Shown one piece after another: positions 18,378-27,911 of a stretch of DNA of 56,310 bases (position 1 is the stretch's first letter; every line of letters begins with the position of its first letter). Made by a program: the position numbers and the translations under genes. Below the pieces are notes generated by a model. It saw only the letters and a list, made by a program, of their open reading frames with translations. It was not told the origin of the DNA and searched no databases. Origin of the DNA: Fibrobacterales bacterium (lineage in GTDB: Bacteria > Fibrobacterota > Fibrobacteria > Fibrobacterales > JAOPTW01); NCBI GenBank assembly GCA_051532055.1, contig JAOPTX010000002.1, forward strand, positions 1 to 56,310, written 5' to 3'.

Positions 18378-18391
18378 GGACAAACCAGTCC
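18378..18391. promoter_or_regulatory. Palindrome GGACA-N4-TGTCC, copy 3 (one mismatch)
   Basis: GGACAaaccAGTCC upstream of the plus-strand GH5 gene. Confidence 0.5.
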
Positions 18392-18495
18392 AAGGTGTAG
18401 ACTTTTTTTTAACATTTCACTTTGAAACTTTATATATTAACCTAGATTATCTACAACGAAATAAACTGGGTACACAACATACCCTGGGAGAAATA

Positions 18496-19980
18496 ATGAA
18501 AAAACTACTTACTCTTATGTTAATGCTCTTAACATTCGCCTTCCTATCGGCATGTTTTGACTCAGGCTCAAGCACCGCTGTAACCGAGAGCTCTTCAGAA
18601 GATACTGTATCTGCAGAAGACGCTAATGACTCAGACACCGAATCTTCTTCTGAAGTAGCAGACACCGATAAAGAATCTTCTTCTGAAGAAACAGATACCG
18701 ATAAAGAATCATCGTCTGAAGAAGCTGACAAAGAGTCTTCGTCTGAAGAAGCTGACAAAGATAAAGGGTCTTCGTCTGAAGAAGCTGACAAAGAGTCTTC
18801 GTCTGAAAAAGCTGACCCTGATACTGAGTCATCATCTGAAAAAGAACCAGTAAGTAGTGCAGATGAAACGTTAGCTCCTGGTGAAGCTCCAGCAGGAAGC
18901 CCCGTTGACATGTACGGCTTTCTCGCAACCGAAGGAAACAAATTGATAAGTGTAAAAACAGGAGAGCCTGTTCAACTTATTGGTATGAGTCTTTTCTGGA
19001 GCCAATGGGGACCAGAAGCTGGTGGCACCTTCTTCAATGAAAAAGTAGTTAAATGGCTAGCTCTCGACTGGTCTATTGATATCATTCGTGCAGCACTCGG
19101 TGTAAACGAAGAAGGAATGGCTGATGTACTTGATGAGGATGACGAACCAACAGGAGAAAAAGAAGCCGCACCTGATGGCTATTTGCAAAAACCAGAGATA
19201 GAAAAAGCAAAAATTGTTGCCGTTATAGAAGCATCAATTGAAGCGGGAATTTATGTCATTATCGACTGGCATGACCACAAAGCTGACAACAATACCGCTG
19301 AAGCTGTAGAGTTCTTCACTGAGATGGCTCAAACTTATGGCGAATATCCTAACATCATTTATGAACCATTTAATGAACCTCAAATGCCATGTGCCGACCA
19401 AGCTAATTGTGCTGGCCATGAAAATCCAAATTTCAACCTTGAAAACATCATGAAGCATCAACAGACCATCATAGAGACCATCAGAAAGTATGACACAAAA
19501 AATCATATTGCATTAGGATCACAACTTTGGTCATCTAAACCTGGCGATGTAATTGCTGCAATTAATGACGGTGCGATCAATGACCCTTCAAACAACATTT
19601 CTGCAACAATGCACATCTACGCAAAAGTACACTGGGTTGCTAATCCAACAGAAGGAAGTCACAGAACAGATGTCACTGCAGCACATGAAGAGAACTCAAT
19701 TCCTATCTTTGCTTCAGAATGGGGCACTGCATCATATGATACAGAAGTAGAAGGAATTGGCGCAGATGAGTCAATCGCTTGGATGGACTGGATGAAAGAA
19801 CGCAAAATCAGCTGGTGCAACTGGGCACTAAACGACAAAGCAGAAGCGAACTCTGCATTAGAAGTTGACGCAAGCTTAAAAGGCAACTGGGGACCAGATG
19901 AATTATCTGAATCCGGTAAACTTATCAGAAGCTACATACGTGAATCTCATGGTCTTCCAGGTGACGAATACCCGAACTAA
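18496..19980 (+). CDS. GH5 (subfamily 2-like) endoglucanase lipoprotein
   Basis: GGAGA then ATG at 18496, LSAC lipobox, GMSLFWS, IDWH, FNEP, ASEWG, SWCNW. Confidence 0.9.
   Translation: MKKLLTLMLMLLTFAFLSACFDSGSSTAVTESSSEDTVSAEDANDSDTESSSEVADTDKESSSEETDTDKESSSEEADKESSSEEADKDKGSSSEEADKESSSEKADPDTESSSEKEPVSSADETLAPGEAPAGSPVDMYGFLATEGNKLISVKTGEPVQLIGMSLFWSQWGPEAGGTFFNEKVVKWLALDWSIDIIRAALGVNEEGMADVLDEDDEPTGEKEAAPDGYLQKPEIEKAKIVAVIEASIEAGIYVIIDWHDHKADNNTAEAVEFFTEMAQTYGEYPNIIYEPFNEPQMPCADQANCAGHENPNFNLENIMKHQQTIIETIRKYDTKNHIALGSQLWSSKPGDVIAAINDGAINDPSNNISATMHIYAKVHWVANPTEGSHRTDVTAAHEENSIPIFASEWGTASYDTEVEGIGADESIAWMDWMKERKISWCNWALNDKAEANSALEVDASLKGNWGPDELSESGKLIRSYIRESHGLPGDEYPN
18586..18843 (+). 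repeat. Coding repeat linker with 8 SSSE motifs (DKESSSEEA-type)
   Basis: Visible in translation; 27-33 bp imperfect units. Confidence 0.85.
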
Positions 19981-20024
19981 TCTCCTATTCTAGAGAGGGC
20001 GCGATACTGGGGACATTTATCGCA

Positions 20025-20058
20025 AAAAAGGGCCAATGCACATGCATTGGCCCTTTTT
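20025..20058 (+). terminator. Intrinsic terminator
   Basis: AAAAAGGGCCAATGCA-ca-TGCATTGGCCCTTTTT. Confidence 0.8.
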
Positions 20059-20176
20059 GTTATCCTATTTTCAAATTTGTCAAATTTCCCAATAATCCAC
20101 TCCCCCTTCATTTGCTTCCTCATTAATTCAAAATCATAATTAGATTTAAATTACACACTATATATTGGACACACAA

Positions 20177-21610
20177 ATGAAGAAGATTTACACCACACTT
20201 CTTGCAATAACTATTGCAAGTAGCTTATCGGCCTGTTTAGGCACATCAGTCTCAGATAACAATTCACAATCAAGCACTGGAGAATCATCATCAGAAAGTT
20301 CAGAGATATATAGCTCAACTGAAGAGTCATCCACTGAACAACAGAGCTCCATAGAAGAATCATCAGCCGACGACTCAAGTATATCAGAAATAAGCTCTAC
20401 CCTTCTTGAATCTTCATCAGATACAAAACCGAGTAGTTCAATCGAACCCTTATCAAGTTCTGAGACCTTCTCTTCTTCTACTCAATCACCGCTCAGTAGC
20501 GAGACACTTAGTAGTTCCTCTGAAGAAGTATCCTCATCGAGCGAACCTGAGCCTATTGATTTTGGCGCAAAGTATGGTGCCCCAGATGGATCTCCCGTTG
20601 CCCTTCACGGTAGACTCTCAACAGATGCCCATTTGATAGTTGGTGAAGATGGTCTTCCCGTTCAACTTATTGGCATGAGCCTCTTTTGGAGCCAATGGCA
20701 AGGGGACTTTTACAATGAAGATGTCGTAAACTGGCTGGTGAAGGATTGGAAAATCGATGTCATTAGAGCGGCCATGGGTGTTGACCATGAGAAAGGCGGA
20801 GACGCAACAGGGTATACTATTTTTCCAGATATTGAATTCGCTAAAATTGAAGTAGTAGTTCAAGCAGCCATCGACAATGGTATCTATGTATTAATTGATT
20901 GGCATGACCACTTTGCTAACCATCCAGAGCAATGGAACAAGTCAAAAGAGTTTTTTGATATGGTTTCCAAAAAATACAAAGACATTCCAAATGTTATTTA
21001 TGAAATTTTTAACGAACCTACAGCCGTGGGTCCCATTGATTGGAACATGGATCCAAATTTTAACTGGGCATCTGTAGAACCCTACATGGACGAGATAATT
21101 CAAGTTATCCGTGCAAATGACCCACTCAATCACATTGTTATAGGAAGTCCAAACTGGTCATCTACGCCTCAGACCGCAGCTCAAAGTGTTATAGACGGCA
21201 AAATCAATGATCCAGATGAAAATTTTTCTTTTTCAATGCATTTCTATGCGAAAGCACACAAAGAAGGCCATAGGGAGAACTCTCAAACAACTATGGACTT
21301 AGGATACCCCGTATTTGCTACAGAATGGGGAACTAGTGATGCCGTTGATCAAATATCAATTGATGTTGAAAGTACAAAAATCTGGATTGATTTTATGAAA
21401 GATACTAACCGCATGATGAGCTGGTGTAACTGGGCTATCAGTGACAAACACAACCCAGGTGGCGGTGAAAGCGAAGCCAATGGCGCCCTCTATAGAGGAG
21501 CCCCTACCAACGGAGGCTGGGGTGCAGAACATTTAACAGAGTCAGGTAAACTCATCCGCTCCATACTCAGAGAAGCCCATGGTGAACCTGGAGATAGCTT
21601 CCCCAATTAA
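20177..21610 (+). CDS. GH5 (subfamily 2-like) endoglucanase lipoprotein, paralog of 18496-19980
   Basis: LSAC lipobox, Ser-rich linker, GMSLFWSQW, FNEP, ATEWG. Confidence 0.9.
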   Translation: MKKIYTTLLAITIASSLSACLGTSVSDNNSQSSTGESSSESSEIYSSTEESSTEQQSSIEESSADDSSISEISSTLLESSSDTKPSSSIEPLSSSETFSSSTQSPLSSETLSSSSEEVSSSSEPEPIDFGAKYGAPDGSPVALHGRLSTDAHLIVGEDGLPVQLIGMSLFWSQWQGDFYNEDVVNWLVKDWKIDVIRAAMGVDHEKGGDATGYTIFPDIEFAKIEVVVQAAIDNGIYVLIDWHDHFANHPEQWNKSKEFFDMVSKKYKDIPNVIYEIFNEPTAVGPIDWNMDPNFNWASVEPYMDEIIQVIRANDPLNHIVIGSPNWSSTPQTAAQSVIDGKINDPDENFSFSMHFYAKAHKEGHRENSQTTMDLGYPVFATEWGTSDAVDQISIDVESTKIWIDFMKDTNRMMSWCNWAISDKHNPGGGESEANGALYRGAPTNGGWGAEHLTESGKLIRSILREAHGEPGDSFPN

Positions 21611-21645
21611 TCCTCAAAAATAAAATAATTATTATACTATTTCAA

Positions 21646-21670
21646 AAGGCTGTACTCACTCTACAGCCTT
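21646..21670. terminator. Terminator hairpin between convergent genes
   Basis: AAGGCTGTA-N7-TACAGCCTT. Confidence 0.6.
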
Positions 21671-22029
21671 TACTGTGTTAGAGTATTTCTAGAAGCGCGA
21701 AGTGTATCAAGAAGCCACTGGCTACTTGTTGTGCGAACGGTATCACATACTATAAAATACTCATTTCCCGAAAAGGTACTCTTGCTCGCAGCAAGCCTTA
21801 TAAAACTTTCAGTAGAAACAATTTCATCAGAGTAATAGTCATATTTTTTCTGTATGTGCTTAACTGCCTCTTCCCCCGAATAAGCATCATCATTTCTTTC
21901 AAAAGTACAATTGGTATTTTGAACTACTCCGAGGAGATATTCAATTTCTTTTTTATACACCCCACCAGCGAAACTCAGTGAGGCAGTACACACAACAAAA
22001 AGCACTAATCCACAATAAAACTTAAACAC
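21670..22029 (-). CDS. DUF5329-like exported protein
   Basis: EIEYLL..CTFERN..EAVKHIQKKYDY..ESFI..ASKS..G..Y.I.C..WL pattern. Confidence 0.7.
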   Translation of the reverse strand: MFKFYCGLVLFVVCTASLSFAGGVYKKEIEYLLGVVQNTNCTFERNDDAYSGEEAVKHIQKKYDYYSDEIVSTESFIRLAASKSTFSGNEYFIVCDTVRTTSSQWLLDTLRASRNTLTQ

Positions 22030-22207
22030 AGTAAACTCCTCAATACAAATGACACATCTCTACAATCTACATTTCCTCAAACATTTGAGTCTAAATTATA
22101 TCCAGCTGTAACAATGTGTAACGTATGGCCTTTTACACACTTTTCCACTAGCTACACAAAGGTTTAATACCTAGTATTAAGAGAACGACTCACATGTAGA
22201 CCATTCT

Positions 22208-23353
22208 ATGAAGTACTTAAATCGATACACCACCATTGCACTACTCGGAGGGACACTTTTGTCTACCGCATACTCTATTACAGAAACCGATTCACTCTCA
22301 CATAAAAACATAGAAGACCAAAGTGCGCTCCCACTCGTCAGTAGCAAAAATATTGATGGTAAATTCACCAACTACAAAGAGTTTAACCTATTCGAATTAG
22401 GTAAAGCATTTGGCATGCTTAAGCGCTGGGTTTTTGAAAAAAAGATCAATAGCGTGCCTTCAATAGAGCTTCCTATCAAAAAACAGAAGGTCTCAGATCT
22501 AACCCCGATCTTACATGGAGATGTCGAATTGACCCGCCTGGGCCACTCGAGTATTTTAATTCGCAATAGTAATGCAGTTTGGCTCATTGACCCTGTATTT
22601 AGTGAACGAGCATCTCCAGTACAATGGGCGGGCCCCAAACGCTTCCACCCCGTCCCTCTTGATTATACCAATCTCACCGACATCGAAGGGATTATTATTT
22701 CCCATAATCACTATGACCATTTAGATGAAGGAACTATTAAAGCTATTCATGAGAAGGTGTCTTATTTTGCAGTGCCTTTAGGTATTGGTGAAATACTTAT
22801 TGATTGGGGTGTCGATCCTCAAAAAATCAATGAATTTGATTGGTGGGAAAACAGACAACTCGGGAGTATGAATATCACCGCCGCTCCTGCACAACACTTT
22901 AGTGGACGAGGGTTATTTGACAGCATGGAAACTCTCTGGTGTGGCTGGGCTCTTCACACAGGCAGTGCCAACATCTATTACACCGGTGATGGTGGATACT
23001 TTGAGACTTTTAAACAAATAGGCAAAACCCTTGGCCCCTTTGACATTGCCATTGTTGAGACCGGCGCCTATGACCCTCAATGGCCCGATGTCCATATGAA
23101 ACCAACGGAGAGTATACAAGCCGCCATTGATCTAGGCGCCAAGGCCATTTTACCCGTACACAATGGTACGTTTGACCTTGCCTTTCATAGCTGGGACGAC
23201 CCTTTCAAGCAGATTACTGCACTAGGTAAAGAACGGAAAACACCGGTTTTTACCCCAATTATGGGAGAACCTTTTTTACTAAACCAACAAGTAGTGACCT
23301 CTCAGTGGTGGTCAGACAGCGGAGCTGTTGTTCAAAATAGTATTACAGATTAA
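22208..23353 (+). CDS. MBL-fold metallo-hydrolase (RomA/NAPE-PLD-like)
   Basis: LGHSS, IDPVFSERASP, SHNHYDHLD, PAQHFSGRG, GDGGY. Confidence 0.85.
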   Translation: MKYLNRYTTIALLGGTLLSTAYSITETDSLSHKNIEDQSALPLVSSKNIDGKFTNYKEFNLFELGKAFGMLKRWVFEKKINSVPSIELPIKKQKVSDLTPILHGDVELTRLGHSSILIRNSNAVWLIDPVFSERASPVQWAGPKRFHPVPLDYTNLTDIEGIIISHNHYDHLDEGTIKAIHEKVSYFAVPLGIGEILIDWGVDPQKINEFDWWENRQLGSMNITAAPAQHFSGRGLFDSMETLWCGWALHTGSANIYYTGDGGYFETFKQIGKTLGPFDIAIVETGAYDPQWPDVHMKPTESIQAAIDLGAKAILPVHNGTFDLAFHSWDDPFKQITALGKERKTPVFTPIMGEPFLLNQQVVTSQWWSDSGAVVQNSITD

Positions 23354-24221
23354 GGGGATTTCGATCTACAAGCACACCATAGATTGAAGTATCTCGAGGT
23401 ATTGCTCCCGGTAGTGCACAGATAGATGCAGCAAAGGAGTGAGCTCTGGGGATTACTTCTCTCCGTTCAGTACCAAAATACATTGCATAAAGAAGCGCTG
23501 CACTAAAGGCATCGCCAGCCCCTACCGTGTCAACAATAGTCATGTCAGGATGAGCCGAAAATGAACATTCAAAAAGGCCGTCTTCGAGAATACTGATAGA
23601 ACCCTCAGCACCTAATGTACAGTATACTTCAATGAGGTTCCATTTATTTTTAAGCCACTCAAGTATAGCAGGAATATCATTCCCCTGATCATACATTTCC
23701 CCGAGTTCAAGAGCCTCTTCATCGCTAATTTTCAAATAATTCGCTCGTTCCAATGACCACTCAATGGTCTCTTTCGTATACAGAGGCGATCTTAAATTAA
23801 GATCACAAAAAGTTCTGGTCATTCTACTCTTCCCACGAAGCTGATCAAAGCTTTTCCTATTCTTATCACTGATCATTGCAAGAGTCCCAAAAACAAGTAT
23901 CACATAGACACCAGCACTATCTGTTTCAATACACTCCCAAGCTGATCCCCGATCAATCGCAAACGAATGTCCTTCTTTACTCATAGTAATTGTAGCAACC
24001 CCTGTCTTTTTATCAGGGCTTACTCCAACTTTTGAATCAAGATTCAATTCACCTAATAACTGAGCCGCAAGGGCCCCATAATTATCGATTCCAATTTCAC
24101 TTATGAGCTCTACATCAACCCCTAAACGTTTCAAATGTACTGCTACATTAAGCGGCGCACCACCAACGACTTCTTTATCAGGAAAACAATCAACAACAAT
24201 TTCTCCAAAACATCCTATCAT
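23343..24221 (-). CDS. PfkB-family carbohydrate kinase (fructokinase)
   Basis: GEIVVD, GGAPLNVA, DLNLR, VDTVGAGDAF; in operon with SPS. Confidence 0.85.
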   Translation of the reverse strand: MIGCFGEIVVDCFPDKEVVGGAPLNVAVHLKRLGVDVELISEIGIDNYGALAAQLLGELNLDSKVGVSPDKKTGVATITMSKEGHSFAIDRGSAWECIETDSAGVYVILVFGTLAMISDKNRKSFDQLRGKSRMTRTFCDLNLRSPLYTKETIEWSLERANYLKISDEEALELGEMYDQGNDIPAILEWLKNKWNLIEVYCTLGAEGSISILEDGLFECSFSAHPDMTIVDTVGAGDAFSAALLYAMYFGTERREVIPRAHSFAASICALPGAIPRDTSIYGVLVDRNPLNL

Positions 24222-24232
24222 ACTCTACTCTC

Positions 24233-25732
24233 CTATTCAGGCTCTGAAATTTCACTGTGAATATCAGCTAAAGTACACCGCTGTGATGCATATTCATCTT
24301 TTGGCTCATCTATTTTATACATGTGAGAATCATGTAAGGACACTTTTGAACTCGCACAATAGAGTCCGATATAATCATTTTCATAGATATAATCTACCAA
24401 CGAAACTTTAACGATTCCATCTATTGAAACTTCTATGTAGTTACCATAATTGACAAGCTTAAATTCATACGTATTATTATGATTCACTTTAAATACATTA
24501 CTCTGTAAGTTTTTGAAAATGAAGTTGCTCTTTGGGTTACTTTCATCAAAACCCCATGCACGAATCTGCACCAGACCATTTACACAATCTAAGGAGAGGA
24601 AATAACCATTCCCCTGGGTATCCATATCAAAGACCAATCCACACTTACCCATTCCTTCTATAGTAATGGTACCTTCAAAAATAAAACTCGGAGAAATCTG
24701 TTTTATGAGGAATACTTCATAGCCACTTTTACATTCAAATACATGAGTCGCTTCTAACTTTTCGTATGACCCCGTAGGATTAGAATTTATAGGAAAAAAG
24801 CCCAAGTATTCAGATTGATGAATTGCTGCTTGCTTCATCAAATCCCATCGATAGTAACTCTTAAGTTCAAGTTGTCCGCGATTGTTTACTGAAAGTTCTT
24901 TCGGCGGAGGCAGTGTTCTATGTGAATTAACATCACCACCCATGACATAAAAGCAGTATATCAATAAATGTTTGCCATCCTGTACAGCTCGCGCTGCATA
25001 GTTCCCGGGTGGGAGTAACACATCATTATGAAAAGAGTGATACTCACCTTTTAACTCTGGTGCATACCAATAACGCACCTTAACATCTTCTCTTATTGAC
25101 CCAAGTAAATAATAAAAGTCATTCATCTTAAAAAGACACGGGCACTCTACATCATCATAAGCATACGGATGTAAGAGCGGTTGTGACAACTTAAAAGAAT
25201 CACCCGTTTTTTCGGCAAGAGCAACAACTCCTCTTCTCGATATAGGCCCAGTATTACTCCGAGCACAAATCAACATATACTCTTCGCTTCCCTCCTTATA
25301 AATATAAGGATCTCTAAAACTTGCCCAACCACGTGGGTTATCATCAATGTCTTCGTAGAATGGAGGCCCCGGTTCTAAAGGAAAACCATTACCTTCAATT
25401 TTATCCCAATGATAGAGATCTTTTGAACGAGCCCTTCCGATTCGCTGCACCGCACCCTTATCTTCCATCATAAGGCCAGTATAGTACATTACAAACCAAT
25501 CACCCTCTAATACAACATTCATGGTCCAGAGCATGTCATCATCCCAAGCTCCTGGATCACCAACAAAAACAGCATTTTCAACTCTACGCCATGAGATACC
25601 ATTATTTGAAACCGCATGTGCGATATAATCGTGATTGGGAATTATGAGGTGAAAAAGATGATACAGGCCATTGTGTTTTATAACATCAATATCACCTATT
25701 TCCCATTCGCTAAATCCTCTTCCTGAATACAT
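24233..25732 (-). CDS. GH32-like (clan J) cytoplasmic glycoside hydrolase, putative invertase
   Basis: N-terminal GDID, FRDP and VECP catalytic motifs; no signal peptide. Confidence 0.75.
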   Translation of the reverse strand: MYSGRGFSEWEIGDIDVIKHNGLYHLFHLIIPNHDYIAHAVSNNGISWRRVENAVFVGDPGAWDDDMLWTMNVVLEGDWFVMYYTGLMMEDKGAVQRIGRARSKDLYHWDKIEGNGFPLEPGPPFYEDIDDNPRGWASFRDPYIYKEGSEEYMLICARSNTGPISRRGVVALAEKTGDSFKLSQPLLHPYAYDDVECPCLFKMNDFYYLLGSIREDVKVRYWYAPELKGEYHSFHNDVLLPPGNYAARAVQDGKHLLIYCFYVMGGDVNSHRTLPPPKELSVNNRGQLELKSYYRWDLMKQAAIHQSEYLGFFPINSNPTGSYEKLEATHVFECKSGYEVFLIKQISPSFIFEGTITIEGMGKCGLVFDMDTQGNGYFLSLDCVNGLVQIRAWGFDESNPKSNFIFKNLQSNVFKVNHNNTYEFKLVNYGNYIEVSIDGIVKVSLVDYIYENDYIGLYCASSKVSLHDSHMYKIDEPKDEYASQRCTLADIHSEISEPE

Positions 25733-25742
25733 ATATCTCTCA

Positions 25743-27911
25743 CTATAAAAAATTAAAGTGCTTAAAGCCTTCTATAATTCCAGAAGCAGCGGGCTTACTT
25801 GCGAAGAATAGGTTTTTACTTTTTCCACCTTTCATATCATCAAGCTCTGGAGAATAGTTACTCACAATAATACCTTTCGTTTGCCCTCTAAACATGTCGC
25901 GATCATTTCCCGAGTCGCCACTTGCCACAACGGAGTTATATGAAATCGACCATTTCTGACAGAGGTATCGTATGGCCCGCCCTTTAGAGGCACGCTTTGG
26001 TATTATATCAAGAAACTGCTCATGAGAGTATATAATATTGAGTTGATACCACATTTTACCAAGGCACGCTTTAAGGTCCTCTTCATTATATTTGGTATTA
26101 TCTACAATATATGAGACTTTCAAAGGCGTCTGCCCCTCTTTCTCCTGTAGTTTAAGCCACTTAACACCTTTTAACACTCGAACAATCTCTTCCCTACTCC
26201 AATACTTTGAGATATAACTATGCCACCCTTTGTCATAACTATCAGGGTTAAAGCCGTAGTAGATCGCTGTCCCCACGGAACCAATAAGAACATCTGGTGT
26301 TGGAAGATCGTATTTTTTAAAGACATCTTGAATAAGTGAGAGGCTCCTCCCCGATGCTACAGAAAAGGCAAAATCTGTTCCTCTGTTGTTAATAATTTCT
26401 TTAATCTCATCGAGTCCTGGGTTCCCATCCTCTTCGAGGAGAAGTGTTCCATCAATATCGGTTACAAACAGTTTTTCGGTTTTCATAAGCTTTTTACTTT
26501 TTGCAGCTGAAATGTGAATATTCTTTAGTCCCTTGCCCTGAGAAGCCTCAAGGTTCTCTTGTACAAGCTGTAGATATCTATCAATATGTGCTTTCCAGCT
26601 ATAGACTTCACGAACTTTGATCACTCCATTATCAGAGCACTTTTTCCAATGAGATTCATTAAAAAGTAAATTCTTAATACCCTTCTGAATTGACGAAATA
26701 TCAAAAGGATCAACGAGTTCACCTGCACCAGTATTTGCAATTATCTCTGTCGGGCCACCATTTTGGGTAGCCACCACCGGTAAACCACAACTGGCAGCCT
26801 CAAGAATAGTCAGGCCAAAAGGCTCAACAAGAGCCGGATTAGCAAAGACCCCTTTATTCATCGCACAGTAGCGATAAATTTCTGGAACCTCTTTATTTGC
26901 ATCATGAGATTTAGGAATAGCTAATCGCCCATACAGATCATATTTATCCATCATAAGAAGAATTTCTGTGAGAACTTCTTTTTCCCCTTCTGGCATCTCT
27001 TCAATATCAAGTCTAATCCCTGCAAAAATAGCGAGATTCGCCATCCCCTTTAACTGAGGGTCCGTAGCATAAGCCTCTAACAATGCATGTAAATTTTTCT
27101 TTCTATCTGGTCGTGCCAATGCCAGAATAATCGGCTTCTCTTTATGGGTATAAAATTTTTCAAGCTCTTCTTTAATATGAAACTGCGCTTGTTTTTGTTC
27201 TTCTGAAATATCCACATTACCCAAGGAGTATTCATAGTAAGGAAAGTATTTATCAACATTAATACCTGGTGGTATAACCGTATAATTTGAAAGTTTAAAG
27301 TTGTTATAATCTTCATAAGACCCAACTTCTTGCTGAGTAGAAGTAACTACAAATTCCGACAGAGCAAGAGTTGCGTTTTCAGCTTCAAACCTTTTCTCAA
27401 ATTTAAACTTCTTCATAACGAGGTCGTGATCAAAACCCTCCTCAATCAACTTTTGATATTTATGTTTTCCCAGTGAATGCCCCGTATGGGCAAAGGGAAT
27501 GTTCAGAAATGTTGAAAGCTCTTTTGCTACATAGCCCGCATCACCATAATGTGAATGCACCCAATCAGGTATGACTTTGTAGCGCTTCATATGCTTAATA
27601 GTCTCAGTTACAAACTCATCTAAAAATTCCCAAAGTTGTTCCTTAGGCCGGTACTTTTTACCACCACATTGGATTCGACGAATTTCTAACTTTTCATTCA
27701 CATTTTCTACTGCTAAATTATAATCAGGCGATAACTTTGGATCATCCATGCGACGAGTAAAGAGATACACCTTCTCAACATTAGGGTGTTCACTCAAAGC
27801 TTCAGCCATATCCATTACATAGCGAATTTGTCCGCCGTTATCAGCATCTTTGCCTATTTGTAAATCATGCCCCCGGATGAGGCCATGCATATTAATGAGC
27901 ATTATTTTCAT
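25743..27911 (-). CDS. sps: Sucrose-phosphate synthase / phosphatase fusion (GT4 + HAD-IIB)
   Basis: HGLIRG..DADNGGQ, HTGHSLG, RPDRKKN, EPFGLT; HAD domain TDIDGT, GDSGND. Confidence 0.88.
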   Translation of the reverse strand: MKIMLINMHGLIRGHDLQIGKDADNGGQIRYVMDMAEALSEHPNVEKVYLFTRRMDDPKLSPDYNLAVENVNEKLEIRRIQCGGKKYRPKEQLWEFLDEFVTETIKHMKRYKVIPDWVHSHYGDAGYVAKELSTFLNIPFAHTGHSLGKHKYQKLIEEGFDHDLVMKKFKFEKRFEAENATLALSEFVVTSTQQEVGSYEDYNNFKLSNYTVIPPGINVDKYFPYYEYSLGNVDISEEQKQAQFHIKEELEKFYTHKEKPIILALARPDRKKNLHALLEAYATDPQLKGMANLAIFAGIRLDIEEMPEGEKEVLTEILLMMDKYDLYGRLAIPKSHDANKEVPEIYRYCAMNKGVFANPALVEPFGLTILEAASCGLPVVATQNGGPTEIIANTGAGELVDPFDISSIQKGIKNLLFNESHWKKCSDNGVIKVREVYSWKAHIDRYLQLVQENLEASQGKGLKNIHISAAKSKKLMKTEKLFVTDIDGTLLLEEDGNPGLDEIKEIINNRGTDFAFSVASGRSLSLIQDVFKKYDLPTPDVLIGSVGTAIYYGFNPDSYDKGWHSYISKYWSREEIVRVLKGVKWLKLQEKEGQTPLKVSYIVDNTKYNEEDLKACLGKMWYQLNIIYSHEQFLDIIPKRASKGRAIRYLCQKWSISYNSVVASGDSGNDRDMFRGQTKGIIVSNYSPELDDMKGGKSKNLFFASKPAASGIIEGFKHFNFL

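Noticed and set aside
18447..18941. Ser/Asp-rich minus-strand ORF
   Set aside because: Antisense shadow of the GH5 linker repeats.
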